Source: Mantamonas sphyraenae STR306 (Eukaryota; Protista; CRuMs). Taken from it: a stretch of 64,000 bases of DNA. The notes under the pieces are model-generated. The model did no database searches. It worked only from the letters and a program-made list of their open reading frames with translations, and was not told the origin of the DNA. Location of the stretch: the NCBI GenBank assembly GCA_026936335.1, contig JAPMXV010000016.1, forward strand, positions 186,001 through 250,000, in the 5' to 3' direction. Position numbers and translations under genes: made by a program. Shown in pieces: positions 1 to 11,483 of this stretch (positions are counted from its first letter, which is position 1; the number at the start of each line of letters is the position of its first letter).

Positions 1-2
1 GA

Positions 3-3000
3 ACAAGCGGCAACGGAGGCGGCGGAAGCGGGTACGAGTCGAGCTACGCAGGAGTGGGCAGTGTGGGCAGTTCACGACCGTCGACGTCGCATCAACACCA
101 GCACAGCAGTTTGCGAGCTTATGCCAACCAGCACAGGGAGTTATTTGACGCTGGGAGCGACTTTCAGGCCTTCAAGCGCGCCACAGCGCAAAATGGCGCT
201 CAAAGCGGGTCGACGAACCGCAAGGGCAGCCGTGAGTCGAACGGCATCCGCGGAGACAACCTGTTTGCAGCGTCGTCGATGTATGCAGACGAGGATGGGT
301 CGCAACGGACGAGCAGTGCGCCTGTGGCCGTGTTTGAGCGACCGGCGACGGCAAGCGGACGGTTTGCGGCAAGCAAGCAGCTGCGAGACGAGGCGTGGCG
401 GGAGAGCAGCGAACGCTGGCGAGAGGACAAGGAGAGAGGCGAGGAGGAGGAACTGAGCCAAGAGATGGATCTGAATCAATTTGGAAGCACATCGCGTCGG
501 CAACAGGCGTCGGGGAGGCGTGCAGGGAGCGCAGGAAGCGCAGGAAGCGCGGGAAGCAGCGGAAGCGTGGGACGGCCACAGACATCGTCAGGACGGCATC
601 GAAGCTACGAAGAGAGCAGTGCAGGCTCATCACTGTTCTCTGCACCTTCGATTGAGTCGGTACAGGGACCAGGGTATGGTGATGACGAGGAGGCGGAGGA
701 CGACGAGTTTGTCGGCTCGCAGACCGCCTCATCCAGCCGAGGACCCATGCGGGCAAGCAGTGGGGGACGCACACGAACACGACCAAACACAGGCGATGCA
801 TCGTCAGGGACACGTCAACAACAACGAGGCGGACGAGAGGAGAGGCCGATTCGACCCGGGGTGGGTTCGGGGGGTGCCACATCGTGGGAGGAACTGTTGG
901 AACGGGAACTGCAGCAGGAAAACAAGAAACTGAAGAAGCGACGTCCCATCTCGGCACCGGTGAAGAAGAAGCCACCCACACCCAAGAGTGCGGGAGGGAG
1001 TGGGAAGGCTCAGCAGGATGCAGGTGCAGGGGAAGGTGGTGGGGGCACACCAAAGAGCATGACAGCCACGTTTGCTGGCAGCAGTAGGAACCATCAGCAA
1101 CAACAGCAGAGGATGGCGACGGAAGCACGGCGCAACAGTGTGTCAGAGGTGATGGATCGAAAGGCGAAGCGGCAGCAGAGGATGAAGGAGGAAGAGATGG
1201 AGCTGGAAGAGTTCAAGGCGTTGGAGTTGACACTGGAGATGATGGAGACGAGCAGGGACGAGTCTGGGTTGGATGTGGATTCGCTGATGGAGTCAACACG
1301 GCGCACGGGGATGGTGAACGAAGCGGTGGTGGATTTGGAGCGCACGGTGGAAGAAGTGACGCAGTCGGAGGCATGGGTGCAGTCGTTGACACCCAACACA
1401 AGTGCACACACACACGAGGTGGCAGATTCCAGTGGGGACGAGGGACAGGCAGAGGAGGACGAGGACGAGGAGGAAGCCATCGAGGTGATCCATCCCATAG
1501 GGTACCAGGACAGGGCTGCAGTGAGGAACAGCCACAACCAGCAACACGTGGACATGTGGACCAGACCGTCGCTGGCACGGGAGCACAAGCAGCAATGGGG
1601 CGACGACCACGAAGACTATGGCGATGTGGACAAGGACGTGGACGATGATGAGGTGCAGTACGGGGATGCCAGGGATGAGGATGAGGATGACATCGAGGAA
1701 AGGATGCATGATGATGAGGATGATGAAGATGATGACGACGATGAAGATGAACACACGGAGAGGCAGCGGTATGGCGGTTGGCAGGAGGATGATGCTGACG
1801 AGGAGGAGGAGGAGGAGGGACACGAAACCACCACCAAGGCCATCATGCTGGATGAGTTTGATGGCGTGGCCACACCACCACGCAGCAAGATTGTCTCGAA
1901 GCTGTTTGGCAAAGGGCAGCAGCAGGGAGGGTCAGCCCCGGCAGCGGCCATGGGAGACACGCGCACAGAGGCACAGAGAGGCATCAACAAGGCTACATTG
2001 GAGGCACAGCAGCTGCTGCAGGAGCAGCAGGCAAAGAAGCTCGCGCAGCAGGAGGAGGCCTTGAAGGGAAGGATGGAGAAGCTGCAGGTGGAGATTGCCA
2101 AGATGGACGAGGAGGGCAAGCGCATGCGCAAGATGCGCAAGGTGCTGAGTGCAGACATGGCGCAGCTGAAACGGGAAAAGGCAGAGGCAAAGGCACGTGA
2201 GGAGGCGTTGGAGAAGGCCAAGGCTGAGGTGGAAGACGAGAACGAAAGGCTGCGCAAGGAGAAACGCAGTCTGGAGAAGCGTCTTCGTGCGGCCAAGGAG
2301 CAACCGGACCGCAAGGCACGGGCAGAGATTGAGGAGTTGCAGAAGGAGGTGCGTGCGTTGCAGGCACAGCTGCACGAGGAGCAGCAAAAAGCCGGTTTGA
2401 CGCAGGAAAGGCTGAAGAGGCAGGTGGATTTGCTCACGCAGCGCAATCAGGAGCTGAGCCAGGAGGTGTATGTGTACGAACAGGAGCGTGTGAAGGCACA
2501 GTTTGGCAGTGGGCGAGGGGAGGAGGATACAAAGGGTAGCAAGGGAGAGGGGGAGACACAGGCGCTGGTGCAACAACAACGGAAGGGGAAGGGGAACGAT
2601 GGGAGACGCAGCAGCAGCGAACAGGATGTGCACGAAGCACGCATTGCACGGGACATGGGTGCATACGAAGCAGAGCTGGCCAAGGTAAACGAGGAACTGG
2701 CAAACAACCACGGTACGCCTTTGGGCAAGACGTTGGACGATGGCAACCACCGGATGGTGGACAGTGGCCTGGACATGGTGCGCTACGTGGACTCGGACGA
2801 GGAAGAGGAGGACGAGGAGGAAGAGGGCGATGCAGAGTCGTATCCGTACGGCGATGACGAAGAGGTGTTTGGGGACGGGGAGGAGGAGGAGGAGGAGGAG
2901 GATGAACGGGACGACATGTACAGTGACGACGACGGGGAGATGGTGGAGAAGGAGGGCAAGCGCGGGTATGATGATGATGATGAGGAAGAAGAGGAGGACG

Positions 3001-3854
3001 AGGGCGAAGAGGAGGAGGAAGAGGAAGAGGAGGGTGAGGATGAGGACGAGGATGAGCAGGATGACGAGGAGGAGGAAGCGTCGGGAGTGCTGTTTCTGGA
3101 CATGGACAAGACGGGGGAAACGAAAAGCAACAGCACACGCAGCAGCCGAGAAGACGGGCAGCAGCAGGTGAGGGATGGGGCAAAGGGAGTTGCATCGGAG
3201 GACTTGACGGATGAGGATCTGGAAGCGATTCAAGAGGCGTTTATGGAGATGCGACTGAGCCCCGACGACGACAGCGTGGAGGCGCCGCTAAAGGTAATTG
3301 AGCACAGGGATGGCAAGGTGGAGAAGCGGTACCGGAACAAGCGCAAGGTGGTGGTGTTTGGCAACGGGACAAAGAAGGAAACGCAGCACGGGAACACGGC
3401 GGTGTACTTTGACAACGGAGACATCAAGAAGACGTCTGTGGACGGTGTGGTGGTGTACCGGTATGCCGAGACAGAGACGACACACACGACATACACGGAT
3501 GGGTTGGAGGTGTTTGTGTTTGCCAACCAGCAGACGGAGAAACACTACCCGGACGGGAGCAAGGAGATCTTCTTCCCAGACAAGACGGTGAAGCGCATCT
3601 ACAGCGACGGACTGGAGGAGAGTGTGTTTCCCGACGGAACGATGCAGCGTGTGAGCACGGATGGGGAGCGGGTGGTGTTGTTTCCCAACGGCCAGAAGGA
3701 ACTGCATCACAAGAATGGCGTCAAGCAGCGGGTGTATCCGGATGGCACCACCAAGACCGTGTACCCCGACGGACAGCAGGAGACGCGATACAGCAACGGA
3801 CGTGTGCGCATCAAGGACGCCCAGGGAACGGTGATTGTCGATGAGTTCCGTTGA
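3..3854 (+). CDS. CENPJ: SAS-4/CENP-J (CPAP) centriole assembly protein, 5' truncated by window edge
   Basis: Frame is open from position 3 (the track start at 54 is a GTG). PN2-3-like EEMELEEFKALE, central coiled coil, long acidic tracts, and C-terminal TCP10/G-box repeats (VYFDNGDIKKT, YPDGSKEIFFPD, ETRYSNGRVRIKD). Confidence 0.9.
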   Translation, partial: TSGNGGGGSGYESSYAGVGSVGSSRPSTSHQHQHSSLRAYANQHRELFDAGSDFQAFKRATAQNGAQSGSTNRKGSRESNGIRGDNLFAASSMYADEDGSQRTSSAPVAVFERPATASGRFAASKQLRDEAWRESSERWREDKERGEEEELSQEMDLNQFGSTSRRQQASGRRAGSAGSAGSAGSSGSVGRPQTSSGRHRSYEESSAGSSLFSAPSIESVQGPGYGDDEEAEDDEFVGSQTASSSRGPMRASSGGRTRTRPNTGDASSGTRQQQRGGREERPIRPGVGSGGATSWEELLERELQQENKKLKKRRPISAPVKKKPPTPKSAGGSGKAQQDAGAGEGGGGTPKSMTATFAGSSRNHQQQQQRMATEARRNSVSEVMDRKAKRQQRMKEEEMELEEFKALELTLEMMETSRDESGLDVDSLMESTRRTGMVNEAVVDLERTVEEVTQSEAWVQSLTPNTSAHTHEVADSSGDEGQAEEDEDEEEAIEVIHPIGYQDRAAVRNSHNQQHVDMWTRPSLAREHKQQWGDDHEDYGDVDKDVDDDEVQYGDARDEDEDDIEERMHDDEDDEDDDDDEDEHTERQRYGGWQEDDADEEEEEEGHETTTKAIMLDEFDGVATPPRSKIVSKLFGKGQQQGGSAPAAAMGDTRTEAQRGINKATLEAQQLLQEQQAKKLAQQEEALKGRMEKLQVEIAKMDEEGKRMRKMRKVLSADMAQLKREKAEAKAREEALEKAKAEVEDENERLRKEKRSLEKRLRAAKEQPDRKARAEIEELQKEVRALQAQLHEEQQKAGLTQERLKRQVDLLTQRNQELSQEVYVYEQERVKAQFGSGRGEEDTKGSKGEGETQALVQQQRKGKGNDGRRSSSEQDVHEARIARDMGAYEAELAKVNEELANNHGTPLGKTLDDGNHRMVDSGLDMVRYVDSDEEEEDEEEEGDAESYPYGDDEEVFGDGEEEEEEEDERDDMYSDDDGEMVEKEGKRGYDDDDEEEEEDEGEEEEEEEEEGEDEDEDEQDDEEEEASGVLFLDMDKTGETKSNSTRSSREDGQQQVRDGAKGVASEDLTDEDLEAIQEAFMEMRLSPDDDSVEAPLKVIEHRDGKVEKRYRNKRKVVVFGNGTKKETQHGNTAVYFDNGDIKKTSVDGVVVYRYAETETTHTTYTDGLEVFVFANQQTEKHYPDGSKEIFFPDKTVKRIYSDGLEESVFPDGTMQRVSTDGERVVLFPNGQKELHHKNGVKQRVYPDGTTKTVYPDGQQETRYSNGRVRIKDAQGTVIVDEFR

Positions 3855-3982
3855 CACGGGCCTGGCAACATCCAGTGATGACTGTGTGTGAGTGGGTGTG
3901 AGTGGAAATGAACTGGGTCGTGGTCATGTATTGTACACAGCGCATGGTGGTGCAAGACAACAGCAAAGCCGTTTTCGACGCG

Positions 3983-5168
3983 ATGAGTCGCCCGGAGTAT
4001 CAGAAACCGCCGGAATTTGTGAGTGGATGGAATGGAGAGGTGTGGTGTGGTGGAAAGGGAGAGACACTGACACGGGATGGGACAGTTTTACGACCGAAAG
4101 GAGGCCGAGTCGTACCAAACCTCGTACGTGCGGGGGGGCGGACTGCAGAGGCGTGTGTGGGTAAATGGAAACCCACAGGACGGGAGGTGGGGACTGACAC
4201 AGAGTGGCACACAATACACATGGACAGGACGCGGTACCGTGAGATCCAGCGGAAGATGACGGAGCGTGCGTTGCATTTGCTGAATCTGCAAACGGACGGA
4301 CCGGCGCTGATTCTGGACGTGGGCTGCGGCACGGGATTCAGCGGCGATGTGATTACAGAAATGGGTCACTATTGGATGGGTGTGGACATTTCCAAGGACA
4401 TGCTGGGTAAGGGGAAGGGTAGGAAGGGGAGGAAAACGAGTGTGCGTGGGTGAACTTGAGAGCTGACACACACACACACACACAACCACCGCAGACGTGG
4501 CAAAGGAACGTGAAGTGTCTGGAGACGTGACGTTGACGGACATGGGCATGGGCATGCACTTCCGTGCGGGCATGTTTGACGGAGTGGTGTCTGTGAGTGC
4601 GCTGCAGTGGCTGTGCAACGCAGACAAGAAGGTCAACATCCCTCGCAAGCGTCTCAATCGCTTCTTTGATTCCCTGTACAAATGCATGTGCTCCGGCACC
4701 CGCGCTGTGTTCCAATTCTATCCGGACAGCGCCGAACAAATCGAACTGATTACCAGCTGTGCCACGCGCAACGGGTTCAACGCAGGCCTGGTCATCGACT
4801 ACCCCAACAGCACACGCGCAAAGAAGATGTTCCTTGTCCTGTCTGCAGGGCGACCCAACCACGAGTTTACCCTCCCTCGAGGCCTGGAAAACGGCGAGGA
4901 CCAATCGACGGTGCAAATGTACGGCCAGGATGAAGGGTCGTCGTCATCGTCGTCATCGTCGTCAGCACGTCGCACCATCCAATCGGGCAGTGGTGGGGCA
5001 TCGGAGGATCTGGGCAAGAAGCGGAACCGGCGCAAGAAGGACGGTTCGGACCGGGATTTCAAGTCGCGGGACTGGGTGTTGGCCAAGAAGGACAGGCAGC
5101 GAAAGCAGGGAAAGAGGGTCAAACGAGACAGCAAGTACACTGCCAGGAAGCGCAAGGACAAGTTCTGA
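3983..5168 (+). CDS. BUD23: 18S rRNA m7G methyltransferase BUD23/WBSCR22; exons 3983-4018, 4086-4123, 4228-4406, 4495-5168
   Basis: Spliced MSRPEYQKPPEF-FYDRKEA; SAM motif ILDVGCGTGFSG; SVSALQWLCNA; C-terminal SKYTARKRK. Three in-phase GT-AG introns with CTGAC branch motifs. Confidence 0.95.
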
Positions 5169-5216
5169 TGATGATGATGATGGTGGTGGTGGGTGAGCAG
5201 GGGAATGGATCATTGT

Positions 5217-5233
5217 TGTGTGTGTGTGTGTTT

Positions 5234-5267
<34 letters not shown>
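5217..5267. repeat. (TG)n microsatellite between convergent genes
   Basis: Visible imperfect TG run, preceded by (TGA)n/(TGG)n starting at the BUD23 stop. Confidence 0.9.
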
Positions 5268-5288
5268 TGCGCATCCAGCATCCATCCA

Positions 5289-7276
5289 TCACAGCTCATC
5301 CTTGTCATGTGCTGGCTTGCCCTGCTCCTGCGTGTGGGCCTGGGCCTGCTCTTTCTCCTGCTGGGGCTTGGACACGGGAGGCACAGCACCGACGTTGGGG
5401 TTGGGTGTGCCCTTGGGATCATCAGGGCCCCATGGGGTGTACCATTTGTCCATACCCTGTGTGTTGAGTGGGTACGTGTCTGCAAACAGCTCCTTGGCGA
5501 GACGGAACTTTGCGTTGAGTTTGTTGAGAAGGAGGGTCTTCTTGGACTCTGCTCGGATGGTCAACACCTTGCGTTGGTTCTCCGTCACCTCTGGAGACAT
5601 GATGTAATCCAGATCGAGTTGGATGCTGGAGTTCTGGGCCTGCAGCTGGTGGTTCGCCAGGTTGAAGATGGATCGCAGCACCTTGCGCTCATTGGCGGGC
5701 GACAGGACCTTTTTGTGGGCCTTTCCCACCTGTCCCTCACTCATGAACTTGGCGTAGTCGGCCTTGTTCATGTGCATGATGCGGAGGAACTGTACGAGGC
5801 GTGTGGAGAAGCGCACGCGGTTCATGCGGAAGTACACCCGATCGGTGGGGAAGCCCAGACGGGCAAGGATCTCCGCCTTCTCACGGTACAGACGCAGCTT
5901 GGGAGAGACACCCGGAAGGACGAGGTGGTATGTGTCATCGTCAAAGTTGGGCATGGCCAGGTTGAAGCGACGCAACAGTTCGCCGTGTGCAGAGACACCC
6001 AGGTTGACGGTAACCTCATCGCCAGCGGCCATGGGATGCGCTGCCGTGTACTCTGCATCCTTGTCCAGTGTCCAGGCGTTGGGTTGCGGGGCAAAGTCGT
6101 GGAAAAGCAGGTCCATGACGGGGATCAACACCGTCTCTTGGTTGTTTGCCCCAACACCCACGTCGCGTGCAAACGCACGTGCATCGGCCACATTGAAGGC
6201 CCATCGGAATGCACTCAAGCTGTGCGCTCCGTCAAAGTCAAACTGATCCAGCTTGGACTGCACAGCCTTGTTCTGCTTGAACCACACGTTGTACGCCTCC
6301 TCCTGCTGCTGGTGCCGTCCCACCATCGATGCACCAGAATCATCTGTGTGGTGGTCCATTGTGAGTGGGTGGGGATGGGTGTGGTTGTGGTTTATGTGCG
6401 TGTTGGTGTGTGAGAGGGAGGAGCGGGGGGAGGGGGGACGCGAGAACCTTCCAGCACCACCCGCTGTCTGCCACACGACGACTTACCCAGGGTATACAGC
6501 GAATCCACAAGCTCCATCTCCTGCACTGTCCATGTGTCCACCTGCAGGCGCTTGTCAGCCTTGAGCATCTTGATCCAGGGGGCAAACTCCGATTGGCTGC
6601 GGGCGGCGTGGTGTCAGTGTTAGGTTCCTTGTCTGGGAAAGCACACACACACACACACACACACATGTGGATGATGGGGAAGGGAGAGCAAGAGAAAATG
6701 CACCACGTACGGGTTGGCAGCCTCAAGGAACAGCCACAGGGCGACGGTGTCGGTGGCCGAAAGCTTTCCACCGCGCACAGGCATGCCCGCAAGCATCTCC
6801 TGCAGCAGCGGGTTCATGCTCAGCACACGGAACGAGGTGATGAACATCCTTTAACAAGGGAGGAGTGAAACACAGTGTGTGTGTGGGGGGGGGGGTGGGG
6901 GGAAGGAGGTACAGTGGGTGCACACGGGGGTCGAGGGAGGGGGTTGGTGTTAGCAGAGAGAGGAGAGAGAGGGGAAACGAAACGAAACGAGTCCGCAAGG
7001 GCCAAGCACTCACTTGTCCGGAACAAGAGCAAACTTGGTGCCGGTAGCAATGGGTTGGGTGGCCACAAAGGTGAAACCGTGGCGCTTGTGCATGCGCAGA
7101 TCGAGTGCGTCACCCTTCCAACCACGGGCGGTGGCCCACTGCTTCAGGTCGGTCCACAGAGCCTGATCCTTGTCAGACAGGGGCTGCAGGTCACTGTTGG
7201 CATTGGCTGCATGACTGGGAGCACACACAACACAGAGTGTCACGAGAATGGTGATTGCTACCACGCTACGGTGCAT
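5289..7276 (-). CDS. SET-domain (Rubisco LSMT/SETD3-like) protein with signal peptide and C-terminal KDEL; exons 7276-7014, 6848-6711, 6596-6487, 6343-5289 (521 aa)
   Basis: In-phase splicing gives N-SET HGFTFVATQPIATG, SEFAPWIKML, FRWAFNVADARAF, LIPVMDLLFH, AGDEVTVNLG..HGELL and a Rubisco-substrate-binding-like region (ANERKVLRSI). N-terminus MHRSVVAITILVTLCVVCAPSHA; ends HDKDEL. Confidence 0.8.
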
Positions 7277-7380
7277 GTTTTTTGTTCAAGGGGAGTGTGG
7301 CTGCGCAAGCGCATCCACACATACACACACATACACACACACACACACGCACGCACAGCATCGACACACACAGCCTACCC

Positions 7381-8367
7381 ATGTCCAAGCAGATGCATCT
7401 GCGCAAGAAGCAGTACAAAGAGCTGCAGGTGACGCTGGAGTCGGAGTGGAAGCAGGATGTGCGTGAGCGATGTTTGGCCAGGCTCAAGGAGGAACGGGAG
7501 GCGTTTACGGGACGATTACGACGTCTCCAGGAGAAAAAGACAGAGGAGGCACATGGAAACCCAGAAACAGGGTCATCGTCGTCATCCTCATCGTCGTCAG
7601 GGGCCAATGGCAAGCGTGACGCGGCTCGACGGCTGGCGGCAGGAATGGTCTCTCGGGAACTGCAGCGGTACAGGCAGGAAAAGGTGGATGCGTTGGAATT
7701 GGACGACCAAAACACAAGGGAGGATGGCAGGTGGCACAGTTACGAGGCGCCGGAAGGCAGCGACTTTGACTTTTTCACAGACGAGCTGCCGGAAGAGTGG
7801 GAGACACAGCACAAGGGTGATCAGCACACTTGGGATGACACATGGTTTGACAGGGCAGGCGGGGAGCAACAGGACGGGATGGGCGGGCATCATGATGATG
7901 ATGGCGATGATGAGGACGAGGAGGCATGGGACGAGGAGGTGGACTTGATGGTGTATGTGGAAAGGCAGATTGAGCGAGAGCTGGCGAAACGGGAACGGGA
8001 AATGCGCATGGCAATGCGGCGTCAACAACGGATGCACCAACGAGAGTACGAGGAGCTTGTGGAGTTTGAAGAGGAATCATTGTTGGACCTTGTGTTGGAG
8101 TACTCTGACATTCCGTGTCCGCTGTGCTGGGAGCACGAGCTGGCCAAGACCAAGGATGTGAATCCAGTGATGGTGTGCGAGTGTGGCTTCAAACTGGACA
8201 CCAAAGACGACTTTGTGACGTTTGACATGCTGAGGCAGCGACTGGAGGAGTTGTATGATGAACACAGTACTCGCTGTGACCACGAGCCCCAGTACGAACT
8301 TCAGGACCAGGGGTTGATACTGTACATGAGTTGTGGCGAATGCGACACCCTGGATGTGGTGGTCTGA
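7381..8367 (+). CDS. RPAIN: RPA-interacting protein (RIP/RPAIN)
   Basis: N-terminal WKQDVRERCLARLKEER, acidic middle, C-terminal zinc finger CPLC..CECG..H..C..CGECDTLDVV. Confidence 0.85.
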   Translation: MSKQMHLRKKQYKELQVTLESEWKQDVRERCLARLKEEREAFTGRLRRLQEKKTEEAHGNPETGSSSSSSSSSGANGKRDAARRLAAGMVSRELQRYRQEKVDALELDDQNTREDGRWHSYEAPEGSDFDFFTDELPEEWETQHKGDQHTWDDTWFDRAGGEQQDGMGGHHDDDGDDEDEEAWDEEVDLMVYVERQIERELAKREREMRMAMRRQQRMHQREYEELVEFEEESLLDLVLEYSDIPCPLCWEHELAKTKDVNPVMVCECGFKLDTKDDFVTFDMLRQRLEELYDEHSTRCDHEPQYELQDQGLILYMSCGECDTLDVVV

Positions 8368-8441
8368 GCCACGAGCCACAAGGAGCGAGCAGGAGAGCAT
8401 CGAGTGCTGCTCTTCCACAGACACCCACACACACACACTGT

Positions 8442-10003
8442 CTACGGTTCCGGATGCAACGTGCGTGCCACCTTGACAGTCTCATGGATGGCTTCGGATT
8501 GCCACTTGCCTGCCATGATGGCTGCCATGACATGTCCGCCTGGTTTCCAGGTCATTTTGCGCGGACCATCGCAGACACTGGCACAAATGTCAAACAGCTC
8601 CTGGGACCATGCGTGGGGCACAAAATGGTCATCTTTCATGCCCACGGCATAGAGCGCAAGCAGGGGCCGTGCTCGGTGCTGTTCGTTCAGCAGCAGTGGC
8701 TTCATGTGCGCCACGAGGCGAGCGAGATGCACCTCGAGCAGCACCTCGAGCAGACGAGCACGCACCACAGCGTGGGACGGAGGCGCCTGATCGTCCGGTT
8801 GGGTCATGTCACGTGTGAGGCCAGTAAAGTCGATGTCATCTTCCAACACACCTTCCAACAGGGTGGCAGGGGTGGCAGAGCCGACGTAGGGCACGGCGGC
8901 AATGGGCACTCCGAGGAGGGCAGCCATGCATGAGGCAACACCGGTCATGGCTGAGCCCCAGGAGAAGCCAGAGACACACAGGGGTGTGTTGGGACACCAG
9001 AGGTGGGCCCACTCCAGCATGAGGGCACCCTCCAGTGGCGAGGCATACCCGGTCATCAGGTAATTATCTACATCGCGCACAAAGTGTCCCTTTTGTTCCG
9101 GCTGCTTCCGGGTGCCGTAATAGGGTGCCATGAGAAGCATGCATGCGTAGCCATGCTTCAACAACGCACGCGACACAGGGAAGCGGCTGCGGTACCACTC
9201 GTCACCTGTGGCAGTCAACAGCAACACGATTCCGTTCAGTTCACGTGCCTGTCTTCCCCCTCGCTTTCCAATATGTCCTCCTTCCTCCTCCCCTGCTCCC
9301 TCATCTTTCCACGGCGTCTGGAACCCCTGCGGGACAAGCATCAGGAAGCGCGCCTCACGCACCTCCTCCGGCACCAGGGCAGCCACAGGAGAAGTGAACT
9401 GTGCAAACAAAAGCGGGTATCAATCAGTGGAAGGGGGGCGAACACAGGCATGGTGTGCATGATGAAACAGAATTTGGTGTGTGAGTGACGGGGGCACCCG
9501 CACTCTCTCTTCGTCGGGACGGAAATTGCAGAACTGACGTGTCCTTCACGGGCTTGGCAATCGGGCAGGGTGTCATCGGTGGGCGGTTGGGTAAAGGTGA
9601 CTGTGATGGGTGCATAGGGCAATGCCCTTCCCAGACTCTTTCCACACTGCACCCAATGGTCTTCGAGAACGTGCATGACCCGGACGTGGTTCTGGCCGCC
9701 GAAGCCCTGCACAAAGAACTTGCTGGAGCGACTGTACGCCTTGTAGACCATGTAGAGGGAATCGAGGTGGCCAAGGAGGTAGGAGTGGACATTGGCATGC
9801 ATGCCCATGTGGAAAAACACAACCAGGAGGAGGAGAAGGAGGATCACCTCGACGGGGGTGGTGGTGGTTGTGGGGTGGGGCAAGGCCTGGAACACAAGGA
9901 GCGCCAATCGCAACACAGAGCCACACACACACAAGAGAAGCACCACACTGAGGGTCACTGGCCGTGGCACAACTTCCTTGGGCACAGGCACAGTCTGTCC
10001 CAT
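8442..10003 (-). CDS. ABHD18: ABHD18/DUF2048 alpha/beta hydrolase; exons 10003-9539, 9398-8442
   Basis: Spliced EGH-FTSP; ATGDEWY; APYYGTRK; nucleophile elbow GFSWG; DDHFVP; GGH. N-terminal hydrophobic segments. Start codon approximate. Confidence 0.8.
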
Positions 10004-10213
10004 GGTTGGTTTGGAGTGTGTTGGGTGGGATGGGGGGGATGCTGCCATTCGCTGCCGCACTGCACACACACACACACACACACAGTCACACCACTGTCAC
10101 ACCACTGTCACATGGCATCTCGCTGTCTCTGTGTCTTTCTGTGTCGTTCTGTGTGGGGCTCTCTCTTTCTTTCTGGGATGCCCATGTGGACGCAACACAA
10201 CAGCCACCGCGAG

Positions 10214-11425
10214 ATGAGCGAACAGGAGTTTGACGTGCAGCTGCTGGTCAGTGGAGGTTCCAAGCTGGCCAGTCCCATGTTTGACAGCAATGGAGAGCTG
10301 TATGTAGTGTCCACCACCAGTGGACACATTCACAAGGTGGTCCAATACGAGGCGGAGGCAGGGGAGGACGAAGAGCAAGACGAACCGGGCTCGGGACTTG
10401 AGCTGGACACCTTCCTCAGCCTCGGACGCAGTCCCACCTCCATTGCCGCAAGTGCAGAGGGCATCTACATCTGCGACCAGGGCCAACAGTCCGTCTGCTT
10501 CTACCAGACCGAGAGTGAGGAGCTGTTGGACTTTGTGGCCGAGTTTGAAGGCAAAGCCCTGCTCGTGAGTTTTGCGAGCCGTTGGCGCCTCAATCATCCT
10601 TGTCCAGAATCCAGAATCCACACCCACACACACACACACCTGACACATCCATTCATGCACATCACACTGGACACACACACCCACACACCCACACCAATCT
10701 ACACACAGGGACCCAACACGGTGGTGGTCTCTCCTGACGCCAGTGAGATCTACTTTACGGACAGTGGACCCATGGGCAGCACCAATCTGCAATCAGCCCA
10801 GGGCTCGTTGTATGTGGTGCAAGACATGATCCTGCGTCCATTGGCCCATCAGTGTCTGGCTCATCCGTCTGGCTTGGCCCTCAGTGGTGACGGCAATGTC
10901 GTGTGCGTTTCCCCCCCCCCGTTGCCCCTTGTGCCCTCCGTTTGTGGATGTGAAGCATGCGTTTTATGCCCATGCCATGTGTGCATGTCCATTGACAACC
11001 GTCCTCCCCCCAACCCCCCCTTCCATCCCCCATTCGCCACGTACACTCCCATTATGTGCAGATATGTGTCGGAAACAATGACCAACCGTGTGCTTGCGTT
11101 CTCCAAAGACCAAACCGGCGTCCACCACGCCTCTGTCTTTCTGCAACTCTCTGGTCTGGCCCTGCCTGGTGCATTGGCGATGGACACAGACGCTGGCATC
11201 CTCTACATTGCCCAGCATGCCATTGCCACACCCTTGGCCAACAAGAAGCAACAACAGGAGCCCAGCAGCACCATCCTGGCTGTCGATGCCTCCTCTGGGG
11301 CCACCTTGGCCTCCATTCCGGTCCCAGGCACCCACATTTCTGGTCTGGCGTTCCGCAATGCCACCCTGTACATCACAGAGGCCTCTTCCTCATCCATCTT
11401 CTCCACACCCGCCCTTGCCAACTGA
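10214..11425 (+). CDS. SMP-30/gluconolactonase/LRE family beta-propeller protein, 2 introns (~10565-10708, ~10903-11060)
   Basis: GPNTVVV..IYFTDSG, HPSGLALS, YVSETMTNRV, ALAMDTDAGILYIA, SGLAF..LYITE. Confidence 0.8.
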   Translation: MSEQEFDVQLLVSGGSKLASPMFDSNGELYVVSTTSGHIHKVVQYEAEAGEDEEQDEPGSGLELDTFLSLGRSPTSIAASAEGIYICDQGQQSVCFYQTESEELLDFVAEFEGKALLVSFASRWRLNHPCPESRIHTHTHTHLTHPFMHITLDTHTHTPTPIYTQGPNTVVVSPDASEIYFTDSGPMGSTNLQSAQGSLYVVQDMILRPLAHQCLAHPSGLALSGDGNVVCVSPPPLPLVPSVCGCEACVLCPCHVCMSIDNRPPPNPPFHPPFATYTPIMCRYVSETMTNRVLAFSKDQTGVHHASVFLQLSGLALPGALAMDTDAGILYIAQHAIATPLANKKQQQEPSSTILAVDASSGATLASIPVPGTHISGLAFRNATLYITEASSSSIFSTPALAN

Positions 11426-11435
11426 GAATGGAGTC

Positions 11436-11483
11436 ATCAATCAATCAATCAATCAATCAATCACACACACACACACACACACA
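11436..11483. repeat. (ATCA)n followed by (CA)n microsatellite
   Basis: Visible in the spacer between the convergent SMP-30 and kinesin genes. Confidence 0.9.

Noticed and set aside
5217-5267. HTHTHT/CVCVCV peptides in many ORFs as metal-binding motifs
   Set aside because: These are translations of intronic or intergenic (CA)n/(TG)n microsatellites.
9485-10213. Long N-terminal extension of the SMP-30 ORF in the track
   Set aside because: It is antisense to ABHD18 and runs through a CA repeat. The plausible start is ATG 10214, and the ORF also reads through two introns.
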